Positions 1 to 11,074 of a stretch of DNA of 64,000 bases are shown here, piece after piece (position 1 is the first letter of the stretch; each line of letters opens with the position of its first letter). The stretch spans positions 1 to 64,000 of the forward strand of contig JAXGJB010000010.1 in NCBI GenBank assembly GCA_040770465.1. The letters are read 5' to 3'. The notes beneath the pieces are model-generated. The model was given only the letters and a program-made list of their open reading frames with translations, made no database searches and was not told the origin of the DNA. The DNA comes from Methanothrix sp. GTDB lineage: Archaea > Halobacteriota > Methanosarcinia > Methanotrichales > Methanotrichaceae. A program made the position numbers and the translations under genes.

Positions 1-485
1 GCCTTCGCCGTCTCGTTCAGAATCTTCTGGAGATCTTCGTTCTCGTGATCGTAGGTGAATATCTCGCCGATGGCTGAGGCTCCAAGACTGGCGAGCGTCT
101 TCACCTGGCCTGGGCCTCCGTTGAGGCAGAAGTCGACGACCGAGCGCCTCTCGGCGATCTCCAGCTTAGTCCTGTAGGACCGGCCGTCCACGGTGGGGGG
201 GTTGGTGTTGGGCTGGTCGACGACGGTGGTCACCCCCCCGGCGACAGCAGAGGTCGAGCCCGTCTCCCAGTCCTCCTTGAAGGTGAAGCCGGGGTCCCGG
301 AAGTGGACGTGGATGTCGATGGCGCCGGGAAGGATGATCATCCCCCGCCCGTCGATCGTCTCCTCGGCCTGATGGCCGCCGCCGAAGTCGGCGATCTTCC
401 CGTCCCGTATCCAGAGGTCGACGTTCTGGAGGCGGCCGTCGAGGTAAACCCGCCCGTTTTTGACGACCCGGTCCATCCGGGTCAT
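1..485 (-). CDS. pyrC: Dihydroorotase, 5' part (runs off window start)
   Basis: Manual translation: [17 protein letters not shown]...[16 protein letters not shown]...[27 protein letters not shown] (amidohydrolase HxH motif). ATG overlaps the upstream TGA. Not in ORF track because the stop is outside the window. Confidence 0.88.
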   Translation of the reverse strand, partial: MTRMDRVVKNGRVYLDGRLQNVDLWIRDGKIADFGGGHQAEETIDGRGMIILPGAIDIHVHFRDPGFTFKEDWETGSTSAVAGGVTTVVDQPNTNPPTVDGRSYRTKLEIAERRSVVDFCLNGGPGQVKTLASLGASAIGEIFTYDHENEDLQKILNETAK

Positions 486-964
486 AGTTTGTATCCGAAC
501 TTTCTCAGCATCCCTCTCCGATCGGCCACGTCATCAGCCGTCTCCGCCCCTTTCGGGGCTGAACCGTCGACGACGCCCATGATCCCGCCGCCCTGCTCGG
601 TCCTCGCCAACACCACCTCCACGGGGTTTGCGGTGGCGCAGAAGATGCCGCAGACCTCCTGGACCGCCTTTATGGAGTTGAGGACGTTTATCGGGAATGC
701 GTCCTGGAGCAGTATGACGAAGGTGTGGCCGCAACCGAGGGCGAGGGAGCACTCCCTCGCAGCAGCGATCAGGTCGGGGTCGTTTCCCTCGCACCGGACG
801 AGACACGGTCCGCTCGCCTCGGAGAAGGCGATCCCGAACCGCGATTTGGGGGCGGTTCCTGCAATAGCCTCGTAGAGGTCTTCTGCGGTCTTGATGAAGT
901 GGCTCATGCCTAAAATGAGGTTAGAGTTCTCTGGGATCTTCAGCCTTATCGTCTCAAACTCCAT
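482..964 (-). CDS. Adenosine-specific kinase family protein (DUF355)
   Basis: [49 protein letters not shown] motifs. Confidence 0.85.
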   Translation of the reverse strand: MEFETIRLKIPENSNLILGMSHFIKTAEDLYEAIAGTAPKSRFGIAFSEASGPCLVRCEGNDPDLIAAARECSLALGCGHTFVILLQDAFPINVLNSIKAVQEVCGIFCATANPVEVVLARTEQGGGIMGVVDGSAPKGAETADDVADRRGMLRKFGYKL

Positions 965-1140
965 CTTCGAATCCTCCTGGCAAAAATAGGGGATCGAGAC
1001 GACTTATATTTATGGCTCGGAAGCCCGGGTTTCGGAGCAGGGTATCCTTCCCGGATCTCGACCTTTTTCCGTCAGAACCGTCGAATATCGCCCCTCCGGC
1101 TGAGGCGGGGTCGGTAAACGACACTTTTATTTAATCATCG

Positions 1141-2352
1141 ATGGAAAGAGAATGGACGGAGAGCGGCATGAGAAAGATCGAATACTGCCCCCTAAGCATG
1201 AAGAAGCTTCTGGTGGAGATGAAAGACACCAGTGAGCTGATGGTGGATCTGGGATATTCCGCGGTCCTCTACGACGACTACGACCTGGCGATGGAGGTGA
1301 TCAGGCTCGAGGAGAAGATGGACGTCTACGACTACCACGTCCAGATGGCGGCGATGCTAGCCGCCAGGACCGTCGAGGATGCCGAGGCCCTCTCCGGCGT
1401 CCTCCAGATCGCCTCGGCGGCGGAGATCATCTCAAACGCCGCAGGGGACATAGCCAGCATCGTTCTTCTGAAGATGGGGATGCCCTCTGAGCTGAAGAAG
1501 GAGCTTAGACTGGCCGACGAGACGGTGGCTCGGGCCGTGGTGGGGGCGGATTCGAAGGTGGCGGGCAAAACCCTCGACGAGATCTCCTTCGAGACGGAGG
1601 CTGGGATGAGCGTCATCGCCATAAGGCGGGGCGATAGCTGGATCTACGATCCGGAGATGGATGCCGGGATCAAGGCCGGGGACATACTATTTGCACGGGG
1701 TCACGACGAGGGGGTTCCCCTCTTCCTCGAGATGGCGACGGGCAAACCCCAGGTCCCGAAGGTCTACCAGGAGAGCGGTATCGACCAGCTCGAGAGGGCC
1801 CTCGACGTCATCGTCGAGATGAAGAACAGGTCGGAGCTGGCGGTGGGCCTCGCCTACACCGCCGTCCTCTTCGACAGCGAAGAGGTGGCCGTCGAGGTCG
1901 AGGTGATCGAGCAGGAGATGGACGAGATGAAGTACGACCTCCAGCGGTGGGTCCTCCGGGCGGCAAAGCTCGTCGACGACATCGAGAACCTCCGGGGCCT
2001 CCTCCACCTCGCCGTCTCGACGGAGATCATCAGCGATGCGGCCCTCAAGATAGCAAACGTCGTCCTCCACGACATCGAGCCCCACCCGATCCTCGCCATG
2101 GCCATGAGGGAGTCTGACGAGGTCATAACAAGAGTCGAGATCGCCCCCGGAGCGGAGATGGACGGAAAGACCCTCGGCGATCTGGACCTGGAGACGGAGA
2201 CCGGGATGTACGTCATGGCAGTAAAGCGGGGTGGGAGATGGACCTACTACCCCAAACCCAGGGTGACCCTGGGGGCAGGAGACCTGATCTTCGCCCGGGG
2301 GAGCAAGAGCGGCGAAGAACTTCTATTGAAGATGAGCGGCGTTCGGCCCTGA
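1141..2352 (+). CDS. PhoU/TrkA-C (RCK_C) tandem-domain protein, potassium channel family regulator
   Basis: Two repeats of EMK(D/N)xSELxVxL(G/A)YxAVL helical domain, each followed by GKTL..LETE(A/T)GMxVxA(I/V)RRG RCK_C domain. Confidence 0.85.
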   Translation: MEREWTESGMRKIEYCPLSMKKLLVEMKDTSELMVDLGYSAVLYDDYDLAMEVIRLEEKMDVYDYHVQMAAMLAARTVEDAEALSGVLQIASAAEIISNAAGDIASIVLLKMGMPSELKKELRLADETVARAVVGADSKVAGKTLDEISFETEAGMSVIAIRRGDSWIYDPEMDAGIKAGDILFARGHDEGVPLFLEMATGKPQVPKVYQESGIDQLERALDVIVEMKNRSELAVGLAYTAVLFDSEEVAVEVEVIEQEMDEMKYDLQRWVLRAAKLVDDIENLRGLLHLAVSTEIISDAALKIANVVLHDIEPHPILAMAMRESDEVITRVEIAPGAEMDGKTLGDLDLETETGMYVMAVKRGGRWTYYPKPRVTLGAGDLIFARGSKSGEELLLKMSGVRP

Positions 2353-2531
2353 TCGGACCGCAACGACGACGAAGCCGGCACCGGGTCCCTGTCGCTCCGT
2401 TCCGTCTCCTCTCTGCCGATTCTATGCCGATCGGCTTCGGCGCTCTTCTCGGCCAGCCAAAAGTATGTCAGTCGATCTGGGCGGGTCCATCAATGCGAGC
2501 CGGTCCGTCAATGCGGGTCGGTCCATCGGTG

Positions 2532-2741
2532 CTATCTTCTTTTCTGGACCTTTTTGCGAAGGACGATCGTCGAGGTGACGAAGTAGCTGGTGGCGAAGAT
2601 CGCCGCGGCGAAGAACGACTCGCCGAGGGAGGGGTTTCCGAGGTAGTCGAGGTAGAGGGTGTAGACGAGAAAGAAGAAGAGACCAGCCACCAGGGCCTGG
2701 CTGGCTACGCTCCTCCTCTTGAAGTTCGCAAGGATGCTCAT
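2532..2741 (-). CDS. Small two-TM membrane protein
   Basis: 69 aa, two hydrophobic segments, basic C-tail; directly downstream of the 2757-3656 gene. Confidence 0.6.
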   Translation of the reverse strand: MSILANFKRRSVASQALVAGLFFFLVYTLYLDYLGNPSLGESFFAAAIFATSYFVTSTIVLRKKVQKRR

Positions 2742-2756
2742 GCTGGTTCTGAGGAG

Positions 2757-3656
2757 CTACAGGTACTTCACCTCTTCGTCCGGAACGACTGCCTCGACCT
2801 CCGATATCTTGCCGGCTCTGGTCATGTAGAGCCTCGTCCACCAGACGGTGGTGAGGGGCGATATCACGAGAACGCTCACGACCCCGTTCACCATGGAGAA
2901 GATGCCGCTTGCGGTCTCCGATCCCGAAAAGGGCGCTCCAATAACCTGGATCGCCACCGAGACCGCCATCACCACGAGCCAGATCAGAAAGACGTCCATC
3001 TTGTTCGAAAGGAAGAAACCTACCCCCGCCTTTATCGCTCCGATCGGCCCCAGCCCCTCGACCACCAGGGCGTAAGGGATCATCGCCAGGAGGAGGGATA
3101 CGAGAAGGCCGAAGATTATGATCAGGATAATCCACATAACGAAGGGGCCGAATTCGGGATCGTTCTCCTCTAAGACGGCAGCAATATCTGAGAGGAACGG
3201 AAGCGATAGGAGGACTCCTCCGGCGAAGACGATGATCGTCGTCAGGACTTCCTCCAGAAAGAGGCTGAGAAAGTGCCGCCTCCCCGAGGCTGTCATATCC
3301 TTCAGAGTGGTCCTGCCGGCGAGGGTCGCCTCTTTTGCCATCCCGATCGCCCCGGCGGTGAAAAACGACGTCGTAAGCCCCATGATCAGGAGGCCCAGGA
3401 GGACGACCGCCGCCAGAAGTCCGATGTTGGTCGCATCCAGGAGCAGGTCGATCAGCTCCTCCGGGTCTTCAACTCCTTCTGCCGCGGAGAGGATTTCGGG
3501 CGAAGTGGTGAAGAGCGGGTACAGAATCAAAAACGCCATGATGATGGCCAGGAGGACGATCGCCGCGATCGTCAGGACGAAGGGGACGGCCAGGTTCAGG
3601 TTCCGTTTCCAGGTCTCAAATCCCCTCCTTATCAGGGTGCCGATATCTTCGTACAT
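2757..3656 (-). CDS. Multi-pass hypothetical membrane protein
   Basis: About 6 hydrophobic helices; GFETWKRNLNL and WWTRLY motifs typical of a methanogen membrane family; start moved to MYEDIG. Confidence 0.75.
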   Translation of the reverse strand: MYEDIGTLIRRGFETWKRNLNLAVPFVLTIAAIVLLAIIMAFLILYPLFTTSPEILSAAEGVEDPEELIDLLLDATNIGLLAAVVLLGLLIMGLTTSFFTAGAIGMAKEATLAGRTTLKDMTASGRRHFLSLFLEEVLTTIIVFAGGVLLSLPFLSDIAAVLEENDPEFGPFVMWIILIIIFGLLVSLLLAMIPYALVVEGLGPIGAIKAGVGFFLSNKMDVFLIWLVVMAVSVAIQVIGAPFSGSETASGIFSMVNGVVSVLVISPLTTVWWTRLYMTRAGKISEVEAVVPDEEVKYL

Positions 3657-3849
3657 ATAATTCCCTTTGTTAGGCGGGAATATAATACTCCTTCGAGAGG
3701 TTTGAGGATCGACCAACCGGATCTGAGATCTCCCTGCAGGTTATGCGCATATTTCCCGGAGGTCGTCGCCGACGTGGTGGACCGACCCGACCGCTTCGCC
3801 CGATCCTCGCATCTCGGGGCTGGGGAGGTGGGTGGCCTTCGAGACTCTC

Positions 3850-4470
3850 TCACCCATCGACCCCTTCCTCATCTCCCGCAGACTCCTCTCCTTTCGCTTC
3901 CCCTCCTCCGACCACCTCTTCCTCACCGCCGGGTATCTCGACGTGGATCGTATTGAGGAGGCTCTCGGTCGGCTCCACCGGCGCGTCAGAGGCGATGGTG
4001 CAGTCGACCTGGGCGTAGATGGTACCGTTCACCTCGCGCATGTCGGGCCAGTAGACGGCGCAGACGAGGATCTCACCGCTGGGCCATTCGCCGAGCCCCA
4101 GGATCGCGGGCAATCCGTCGATCCGTTCCTCATAGGTGTGGACGGTGGTGCAGTTGGCGTCTTCAAGGTAGCTGGTCACGGCCCTCCGGGTGAGGGTGCT
4201 CGTCGCCAGAACCGGGATGCCATAATCGGTGAGGGCGATCATCATGCTTCCATTCCCGCGGACCCAGCAGACATGAGACGGATGCTCTTCCCCGTCGACG
4301 GTGGCGTAAGGCACCTCCTCGAACTCGAGCTCGTAGCCCGTATAGTCCCCCAGGTCGAAGGAGACCGTGTAGCCGCCAAGGGTCACGTTCTCCTCGGCGG
4401 CCTGGGCTCCAGCCAATAGCAGCACCAGCGCCGGGACAATGAGCGCTCCCAGCACGGAAACCCGCTTCAT
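3850..4470 (-). CDS. Secreted hypothetical protein
   Basis: Signal peptide MKRVSVLGALIVPALVLLLAGAQA, then ENVTLGGYTVSFDLG; acidic tail. Confidence 0.7.
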   Translation of the reverse strand: MKRVSVLGALIVPALVLLLAGAQAAEENVTLGGYTVSFDLGDYTGYELEFEEVPYATVDGEEHPSHVCWVRGNGSMMIALTDYGIPVLATSTLTRRAVTSYLEDANCTTVHTYEERIDGLPAILGLGEWPSGEILVCAVYWPDMREVNGTIYAQVDCTIASDAPVEPTESLLNTIHVEIPGGEEEVVGGGEAKGEESAGDEEGVDG

Positions 4471-4668
4471 ATCACGCTTCATATCACGCTTCAGACCCCG
4501 CTTCCTGCCATCTTCCGAGCCCAGATTCAAACCCACCAACAATCCCGTCATCGAAACCTCACTTCCATTTGACAGGACCCGGATAGATCCGCATCTCTAA
4601 TAAATGTTATATCAGAGGCTCGACAGAACTTTTCTCCAGCAGGAACCGGATAAGATCGAGCTAGAAAT

Positions 4669-5988
4669 ATGGAGTCTAGAGAGATGACCCTCAGAAAACA
4701 CGTCAGCCTCAACATCAACGTCCGGGGGGTCGAGCCCTCCGCGACCCTCGCCATCAACGAGAGGTGTAAGCTCCTCGAAAGCCAGGGAGAGCGGGTCGCG
4801 AATCTGGGCCTCGGCCAGTCGCCCTTCCCTGTTCCGACCCCGGTGGTTAACGCTCTGCGGCTCTACGCCTCCGAGAAGGACTACCTCCCGGTGAGAGGTC
4901 TTCCGGCCCTGAAGGAGGCGGTGGCCGACTTCCACCGCCGGAAGGACAACGTCAGCGCCAGCGGCGAGAACGTCATCGTCGGCCCCGGTTCAAAGGAGCT
5001 GATGTTCATCCTCCAGCTCGTCTACTACGGCGAGATAATCGTGCCCACCCCCGCCTGGGTCTCCTACGTCCCCCAGGCCCAGATCCTTGGAAAGAAGGTC
5101 CGCCTCCTTCACACCACCTTCGAAGATAAGTGGCACATAACCGCCGAGAGGCTGGCCCGGTTCCTGGAGAGCGAGCAGGACATCTACCGCCCTCGAATCC
5201 TGGTTTTGAACTACCCGGGAAACCCCGACGGTCTCACCTACACCACCGACGAGCTGAGAGAGATCGCCGATGTCGCGCGAGAGTACGAGGTGATCCTCCT
5301 CTCCGACGAGATCTACGGCCAGCTCCACCACCGGGGCGAACACGTCTCTGTAGCCCGGTTCTACCCTGAGGGAACGATCATAAGCTCGGGGCTATCCAAA
5401 TGGTGCGGCGCCGGGGGCTGGAGGCTCGGCACCTTCACCTTCCCGCCGGACCTGGACTGGCTCCTGGAGGCGATGGCCACCGTCGCCAGCGAGACCTACA
5501 CCGCCGTCTCCGCCCCGATCCAGTTCGCAGCGGTCCAGGCCTTCCGGGGCGGGATAGCCATGGAGAGGTATCTGTGGCACGCCAGGAGGATCCTCTCAAC
5601 CCTGGGCTGTGAGTTTCAGCGGACCCTCGCCGAAGCCGGCGTCAGGGTCCACCCCCCCGAGGGCGGTTTCTACCTCTTCCTCGACTTCTCGCCGATGGCG
5701 GACACCCTCTTCAAACGGGGGATAAGAGACGGCGCTACCCTCTGCGAGCGGCTCCTTGCGGAGAGGGGTGTTGCCATCCTTCCGGGCTCGGCCTTCGGCC
5801 GCCCCTCTTACGAGCTTGCGGCGCGGGTCGCCTACGTCAACTTCGACGGCTCAAAAGCCCTAGCCGCCAGCGAGACGATACCCCTGCACCAGGAGCTTCC
5901 CGAGGACTTCATCCCCCAGATCTGCCCGGAGACGATCGGCGCAGCCGCCGAGATAGCGAGCTGGCTAAAAGATAACGATTCGATCTGA
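4669..5988 (+). CDS. Class I/II PLP-dependent aminotransferase (aspartate aminotransferase-like)
   Basis: NLGLGQSPF, NYPGNPDG, LSDEIY, SGLSKWCGAGGWRLG PLP-lysine motif. Confidence 0.9.
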   Translation: MESREMTLRKHVSLNINVRGVEPSATLAINERCKLLESQGERVANLGLGQSPFPVPTPVVNALRLYASEKDYLPVRGLPALKEAVADFHRRKDNVSASGENVIVGPGSKELMFILQLVYYGEIIVPTPAWVSYVPQAQILGKKVRLLHTTFEDKWHITAERLARFLESEQDIYRPRILVLNYPGNPDGLTYTTDELREIADVAREYEVILLSDEIYGQLHHRGEHVSVARFYPEGTIISSGLSKWCGAGGWRLGTFTFPPDLDWLLEAMATVASETYTAVSAPIQFAAVQAFRGGIAMERYLWHARRILSTLGCEFQRTLAEAGVRVHPPEGGFYLFLDFSPMADTLFKRGIRDGATLCERLLAERGVAILPGSAFGRPSYELAARVAYVNFDGSKALAASETIPLHQELPEDFIPQICPETIGAAAEIASWLKDNDSI

Positions 5989-6148
5989 CGGGAAGGGATC
6001 GAAAACTCTCTCGGTGACGGGTCAAGAAGAACAGTCTTGGAAAACCGATTCCGAAGTCGAAAAATTGGTCAGAGGGGTGGAGGGCAAAGGGCCCTGTGCC
6101 CTTCACCCCCACCCAACTCCAGTCCAAAAGGACCTATTTTCCTGCTCT

Positions 6149-7777
6149 TCACTCGCCAGCCTGCATGATCCTGCCTATGATCCTGCCGTAGGCGGGCCTT
6201 GCTATGAAGACGCCGATGATTACCCCTGCGATGGTGATCAGGGCGAAGCTCTTGAAGGCTCCAAAGCCCATGGCGAAGAGGGGGAGCATGGCGGCGATGG
6301 TGGTGGCCGCCGCGGCCATGATGATGCCGAAGGCGCTGGAGAGCCTTGCAAGATAGATCTTGCCGCTGGGCATCTTCCCCTCGTAGAGGAGCTCGTCGGT
6401 GATGATCACCAGGTGGTCGACGCCGGTACCGATTACGGCGATGATCCCGGCGATGGCGGGCAGGTCCAGCTGCCACTTGAGCAAGGCCGCCAGGGCCAGC
6501 AACATCAGAACCTCGCTGAAGGAGGTCGCCACCATGGGGACTACGATCTTGGTCTCCCGGTACCTGTAGTATATCACAAGCCCCACCGCCAGGATAGCCA
6601 TGATCCCGGCGATCAGGACCTGCTTTTTGAACTGGTCGCCGAGGGCCGCCGTCACCTGGCCGGATCCGATGATCTCGACGTTGACGGGAAGAGCCCCTTC
6701 CCTCAGGTGGATGTAGAGCTCATGGGCCCTCTGGCTGTCGCCGCCCACCTGAGCCACCATGCTTCTCAGGGGCGCGACCTCGAGGCTTGCTGCCAGATCC
6801 TGGGCCAGGGGCGCAGAGAATATCTGGTCATTGTCCAGGTACATCGAGACTTCGTGGTCCACCCTGTTTCTTACAGCCCCGGCGTCGATCGCAGCCTTCT
6901 GGAAGACGATGGCACCTTCCTCTGAGAGGGTGAAGGGCACGCCCCAGTTCCCGCTCTGATCTCCCTGGGGTAGGGAGACGTCCACGATCTGGTCCCCATA
7001 GAGGACGTGCATCGACTCGTTCCCTTCGGTCTGGATCCTGATCTCGAAGACTCCGGGCTTGCCCACGATCTCCTGGGCGTCGGTGACGCTCACACCGGCC
7101 AGATCTATGAGGATGAACTTGTTGTCAACGACCCGGACTTTGATGTCCTGAAGTCCGAGGCGGTTCAGCTTTCTGTCCAGAACCTGCTTCGTCTCGTCCA
7201 CCGTCTCCTCGGTGACCCCCTCGGAGAAGCCCGCATCCCCAGGGGCGAGGGTTCCGCCCACCTCGGCGAGGATCGCCTCTAAAGATTCTCTGGTTACGTT
7301 GGATCGGATCTCGAAGGATATGGGGTCAGACTCCAGATACTTGACGTCCGAGTCGAGGGAGGTCTCGAGATATGTCATGATCACCCCGATCGGCGAGGCC
7401 TCGATGACGATCTTTGTCTCGTTACCTCTGGGAGTGACGATGGCCTGGGGATACCCCAGATCCTCGACCAGGGTACTGGGCACCCTCCCCTCTGCGGTGA
7501 TCTGGTAGTTGGTGCTCTCGGGACGCCACTGTACCTCCACCGGCACGTCGAGGGCGTCGCTGAACTGCTTCTCCAGGATGTTAATTGGGTCGACCTGGGG
7601 CTGCACTATGGCGCCCTGAAGCTTCAGCTGGAGCCAGGAGCCACCCTCCAGGTCTAGGCCGTACTTGAGCCTAGAATGGATTCCGCTCTCGGTCGGGATC
7701 GGGGCCAGGATTATCAGCGCCGCAGCTACAGCCACGAAGAATATCAGAACCCTCGGATCTTTTGTGATCTCGGTCAT
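6149..7777 (-). CDS. secD: Protein translocase subunit SecD
   Basis: LKYGLDLEGGS, GALPV, IAGIIAVIGTGVDHLVIITDE; ATG overlaps secF TGA. Confidence 0.93.
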   Translation of the reverse strand: MTEITKDPRVLIFFVAVAAALIILAPIPTESGIHSRLKYGLDLEGGSWLQLKLQGAIVQPQVDPINILEKQFSDALDVPVEVQWRPESTNYQITAEGRVPSTLVEDLGYPQAIVTPRGNETKIVIEASPIGVIMTYLETSLDSDVKYLESDPISFEIRSNVTRESLEAILAEVGGTLAPGDAGFSEGVTEETVDETKQVLDRKLNRLGLQDIKVRVVDNKFILIDLAGVSVTDAQEIVGKPGVFEIRIQTEGNESMHVLYGDQIVDVSLPQGDQSGNWGVPFTLSEEGAIVFQKAAIDAGAVRNRVDHEVSMYLDNDQIFSAPLAQDLAASLEVAPLRSMVAQVGGDSQRAHELYIHLREGALPVNVEIIGSGQVTAALGDQFKKQVLIAGIMAILAVGLVIYYRYRETKIVVPMVATSFSEVLMLLALAALLKWQLDLPAIAGIIAVIGTGVDHLVIITDELLYEGKMPSGKIYLARLSSAFGIIMAAAATTIAAMLPLFAMGFGAFKSFALITIAGVIIGVFIARPAYGRIIGRIMQAGE

Positions 7778-8667
7778 CGTCTCTGCCTCCTTGATCCCGA
7801 CTTTTTGGGACGGGCCAGGTACCATCGAAGGGCGTTTGAGTTCATCACCCAGCAGTTTATGAGGCCTGCGAGAAGGCCGAAGAGGAGGACCGTCGATATG
7901 TCGAAGAGGATGTTGATCTGGGTGAAGGAGGAGGAGACCAGATAGGAGAAGGCAGAGACCAGGAATAGCGCGAATATGGCGCAGAAGGTGGTGCTGGTCA
8001 TGGCGATCCCGGTCCTGAAGGCTCCCGAGACCTTCTCCTCGGTCTTCCCCTTCCGCTTCAAAACCCTGTTGTTGAGGAGGATGTTGCTGTCCACGGAGTA
8101 GCCTATCAGCATCAGTAGGGCCGCCACGGTCCCCAGGGAGAGCTTCACCCCCGAGATGTTCATGCAGGCCGCAGTGATCATGATGTCGGAGAAGGCTGCC
8201 AGAATTACCATGAGGGCGACAAAGGGCGTCCTGAATATCAGGAAGACGACCACAGCCATGAAGAGGAAGGATAGCGGGATGTACTTTTTCGCCTGCTCCT
8301 GGAGCCTCGTGCTGTAGACCGGACCCATGTACTTGATCTCAGGGTCCTGGTATTCGGAGTCGATCATCGCCGAAAGCTCCTTGTATTCGGCATCGTCCAT
8401 GGGCCCCAGCTGGATCATGTACCGGTGGCCCACGTCTCTTATGTCCAGCACCGGGTAGGCTGCAAGCTTTGATGCTATCTCGCTCTCCGATTCGCCGACG
8501 GGAACTGTAACGATGGTGCCTCCCGTGAACTCGACCCCCAGGTTCACGGGCGATCCCGTCTTTAAGTAGGTGAAGCCCAGAATGGAGAGCGCTACCGCCA
8601 GAACTGCGAGGGAGAGCGCTACCATCTTCTTGGGCTCGTATTTAGAGATGAAGGTCTCTGGATCCAT
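7774..8667 (-). CDS. secF: Protein translocase subunit SecF
   Basis: LGVEFTGGT, VAALLMLIGYSVDSNILL. Confidence 0.93.
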   Translation of the reverse strand: MDPETFISKYEPKKMVALSLAVLAVALSILGFTYLKTGSPVNLGVEFTGGTIVTVPVGESESEIASKLAAYPVLDIRDVGHRYMIQLGPMDDAEYKELSAMIDSEYQDPEIKYMGPVYSTRLQEQAKKYIPLSFLFMAVVVFLIFRTPFVALMVILAAFSDIMITAACMNISGVKLSLGTVAALLMLIGYSVDSNILLNNRVLKRKGKTEEKVSGAFRTGIAMTSTTFCAIFALFLVSAFSYLVSSSFTQINILFDISTVLLFGLLAGLINCWVMNSNALRWYLARPKKSGSRRQRR

Positions 8668-8805
8668 ACAAGTATCCTCTTATCGCACTGACCGAATTCA
8701 ACGTATTTACGGGTTGTCGTTTGTCGCCTTTTCTTCATAATCTGCGGGCGGTCGTTTCGTCCCTTATCTTCATAATTAGAATCAATTAGAGACTTTCTGG
8801 GGCGG

Positions 8806-10092
8806 CTATTTCTTCTCCCACTTCTTGAGGTTTGCGACCTCAGAGAGGGTCTTGCCCCGCTTGATCTCCTCGCGCAGCCTGCTCTCGGTCTTCTCGACCT
8901 CTTTCGCCCTCCGGGCTATCTCGTAGCCCCTCTCCCTAGGGATGACGACGACTCCGCTCTCGTCGCCGACGATGATGTCGCCGGGCCTGACCGGTTGGCC
9001 GCCGCAGGTGATCTCGGCGTTGATCTCTCCCATCCCTTTAGGCTCGCCGGCGCATGGAGTTATGGAGCTTGCAAAGATCGGGTAATCCATCTCTTTGATC
9101 TCGTCGAGGTCCCTGACGGCACCGTCGATGACGACCCCAGCGACCCCCTTCATCTTGCAGCTCTGGGTGGCAAGGCCGCCCCAGCAGGAGATGTACCTGC
9201 TGCCGTTGTAGATCACGATGACGTTCTCGGGGCCAGCGAGATCGATCGCTTCCACCGATTTCGCCCAGTCGCCCTCGAAGGTCTGGACGGTTATCGCCGT
9301 CCCCACGATCTTCTTATTCGGGTTTATGGGGTGGATATCCCTCATCGCCCCTTTCCGGTGCATGGCGTCGGAGATGTTGGGCGTCGACACCCCCATGAAG
9401 ATCTCGATCATCTCCTCGTCCATGCTCTTTTTTGCCGTTCTATCATACTTGTCGAGGGCGCTGTCCATGGCTTCTCTGATCTTCTGGCCGGAGCCGGTGA
9501 CGTCGGGGCTTCGAGTTACGCTTCCGCCAACGATGACGATGGCCGCTCCCGAGGCGACCGCCTCGGCCGCCGAGCTCGCGTCGATCCCGCCGGCGACGGC
9601 CACCGGGATCTTTACATGGCCGAGGATCTGGTCGAGAAAGTCGATCGCCCTCCTTCCCATCATCTGCTGGTCGATCCCCACGTGAACGCAGATGTAATCT
9701 ACGCCGAGGGCCTCAAGCTCTTTCGATCTCGCCACCGGGTCGGGGGCGCCGAGGAGGTCCACCATGATATCGACCCCATATTTTCTCGCCGCCCTGAGGG
9801 CGTCGGCAATGGTGGAGTCGTCGGAGGCGGCGAGGATGGCGACGATATTCGCCCCAGCCTTCGCCGCCATCTCCACCTCCATGGCGCCGGTGTCCACGGT
9901 CTTCATGTCAGCCACGATCTTCTTCGTCGGCAGGGCCTTCTTCAGCTCGCGCACGGCGTCCATCCCCTCGCTCTTGATGAGGGGCGTTCCGGCCTCGATC
10001 CAGTCAGCACCGCCGTCGGCCGCCTCAAGAGCTATCTGGACGGCTCTGTCCAGCTCCAGCAGATCCAGGGCAACCTGTAGAATGGGTTTAAT
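8806..10092 (-). CDS. Bifunctional 3-hexulose-6-phosphate synthase / RraA-family domain protein
   Basis: [27 protein letters not shown] (HPS) fused to STPNISDAM...DGAVRD...[15 protein letters not shown] (RraA/MenG). Start uncertain; ATT after GGTGGTGAT proposed. Confidence 0.88.
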   Translation of the reverse strand: MKPILQVALDLLELDRAVQIALEAADGGADWIEAGTPLIKSEGMDAVRELKKALPTKKIVADMKTVDTGAMEVEMAAKAGANIVAILAASDDSTIADALRAARKYGVDIMVDLLGAPDPVARSKELEALGVDYICVHVGIDQQMMGRRAIDFLDQILGHVKIPVAVAGGIDASSAAEAVASGAAIVIVGGSVTRSPDVTGSGQKIREAMDSALDKYDRTAKKSMDEEMIEIFMGVSTPNISDAMHRKGAMRDIHPINPNKKIVGTAITVQTFEGDWAKSVEAIDLAGPENVIVIYNGSRYISCWGGLATQSCKMKGVAGVVIDGAVRDLDEIKEMDYPIFASSITPCAGEPKGMGEINAEITCGGQPVRPGDIIVGDESGVVVIPRERGYEIARRAKEVEKTESRLREEIKRGKTLSEVANLKKWEKK

Positions 10093-10132
10093 AAGATCAC
10101 CACCATAAAGCCGAGTTGTTAGAGAACAAACC

Positions 10133-11047
10133 ATGGTATATAAAATGAAGCTGAAGGATATGACTGATATAAGGGTGGAAGGGAGGCCGTCCGGCACTGG
10201 GGGGCTCGCCTTCACCAAGCTCCATGGGAACGGAAACGACTTCATCCTGATAGACGAGTACCACCGGGTGAAGGTGGCCGATCCCCTGAAGAGCTCTTTT
10301 GCCGTCCAGTGTTGCCATCGTAACTTCGGGATCGGGGGCGACGGTGTCCTGTTCCTATCGCCGTCGGATCATGCCGATCTGAGGATGCGCCTATTTCAGC
10401 CCGACGGCTCCGAGGCCGAGATGTGCGGAAACGGCGTCCGGTGCCTGGCAAAGTACGCCTGGGACGCCGGGATGGTGGGGCAGTGCTTCGAGGTGGAGAC
10501 TCTGGCAGGGATAATATCCCTGAAGGTGAGGGAGATCGGGGGCGACTTCTGGGCGAGGGTGGATATGGGAGTCCCCTGCTTCGACCGGAGGGGGATTCCG
10601 GCCCTGGGCGAGGGTGAGTTTCTGATGGAGCCTCTGGAGGGTTTTGAGGTCTCCGCGGTGAACACCGGAGTTCCTCACGTCGTGATCTTCGTCGACGACC
10701 TCCTGGACCTGCCCATCGATGAGGCGGCTCCTCACATCAGGCATAGCTCCCTCTTTCCCGAGGGGACTAACGTCAACTTCGTTCTGATCGGCGACGCCTT
10801 CCAGGTCAGGACCTTCGAGAGGGGGGTCGAGGGAGAGACCCTATCCTGCGGAACGGGATCGGTGGCCAGCGCCGCCGTGGCCCGGAGGATGGGGATGGCG
10901 AGCGACGAGGTGTTCGTGGAGACGAGGGGCGGACCGCTCTTGATAAGCTTCGATGGGGAGAGGGCCTATATGGAAGGGCCGGCATCCACCGTCTTCACCG
11001 GCGAGCTATGCGACGAGTTCCACTGGGATATCTCGCAAGTAATATAG
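10133..11047 (+). CDS. dapF: Diaminopimelate epimerase
   Basis: [46 protein letters not shown]; true start may be slightly downstream. Confidence 0.95.
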   Translation: MVYKMKLKDMTDIRVEGRPSGTGGLAFTKLHGNGNDFILIDEYHRVKVADPLKSSFAVQCCHRNFGIGGDGVLFLSPSDHADLRMRLFQPDGSEAEMCGNGVRCLAKYAWDAGMVGQCFEVETLAGIISLKVREIGGDFWARVDMGVPCFDRRGIPALGEGEFLMEPLEGFEVSAVNTGVPHVVIFVDDLLDLPIDEAAPHIRHSSLFPEGTNVNFVLIGDAFQVRTFERGVEGETLSCGTGSVASAAVARRMGMASDEVFVETRGGPLLISFDGERAYMEGPASTVFTGELCDEFHWDISQVI

Positions 11048-11074
11048 GGGAATAGATAAGGGAACAGGGTTGAG

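Noticed and set aside
10093-10245. Extended N-terminus of hps-RraA
   Set aside because: Overlaps dapF on the opposite strand and lies upstream of the conserved HPS start
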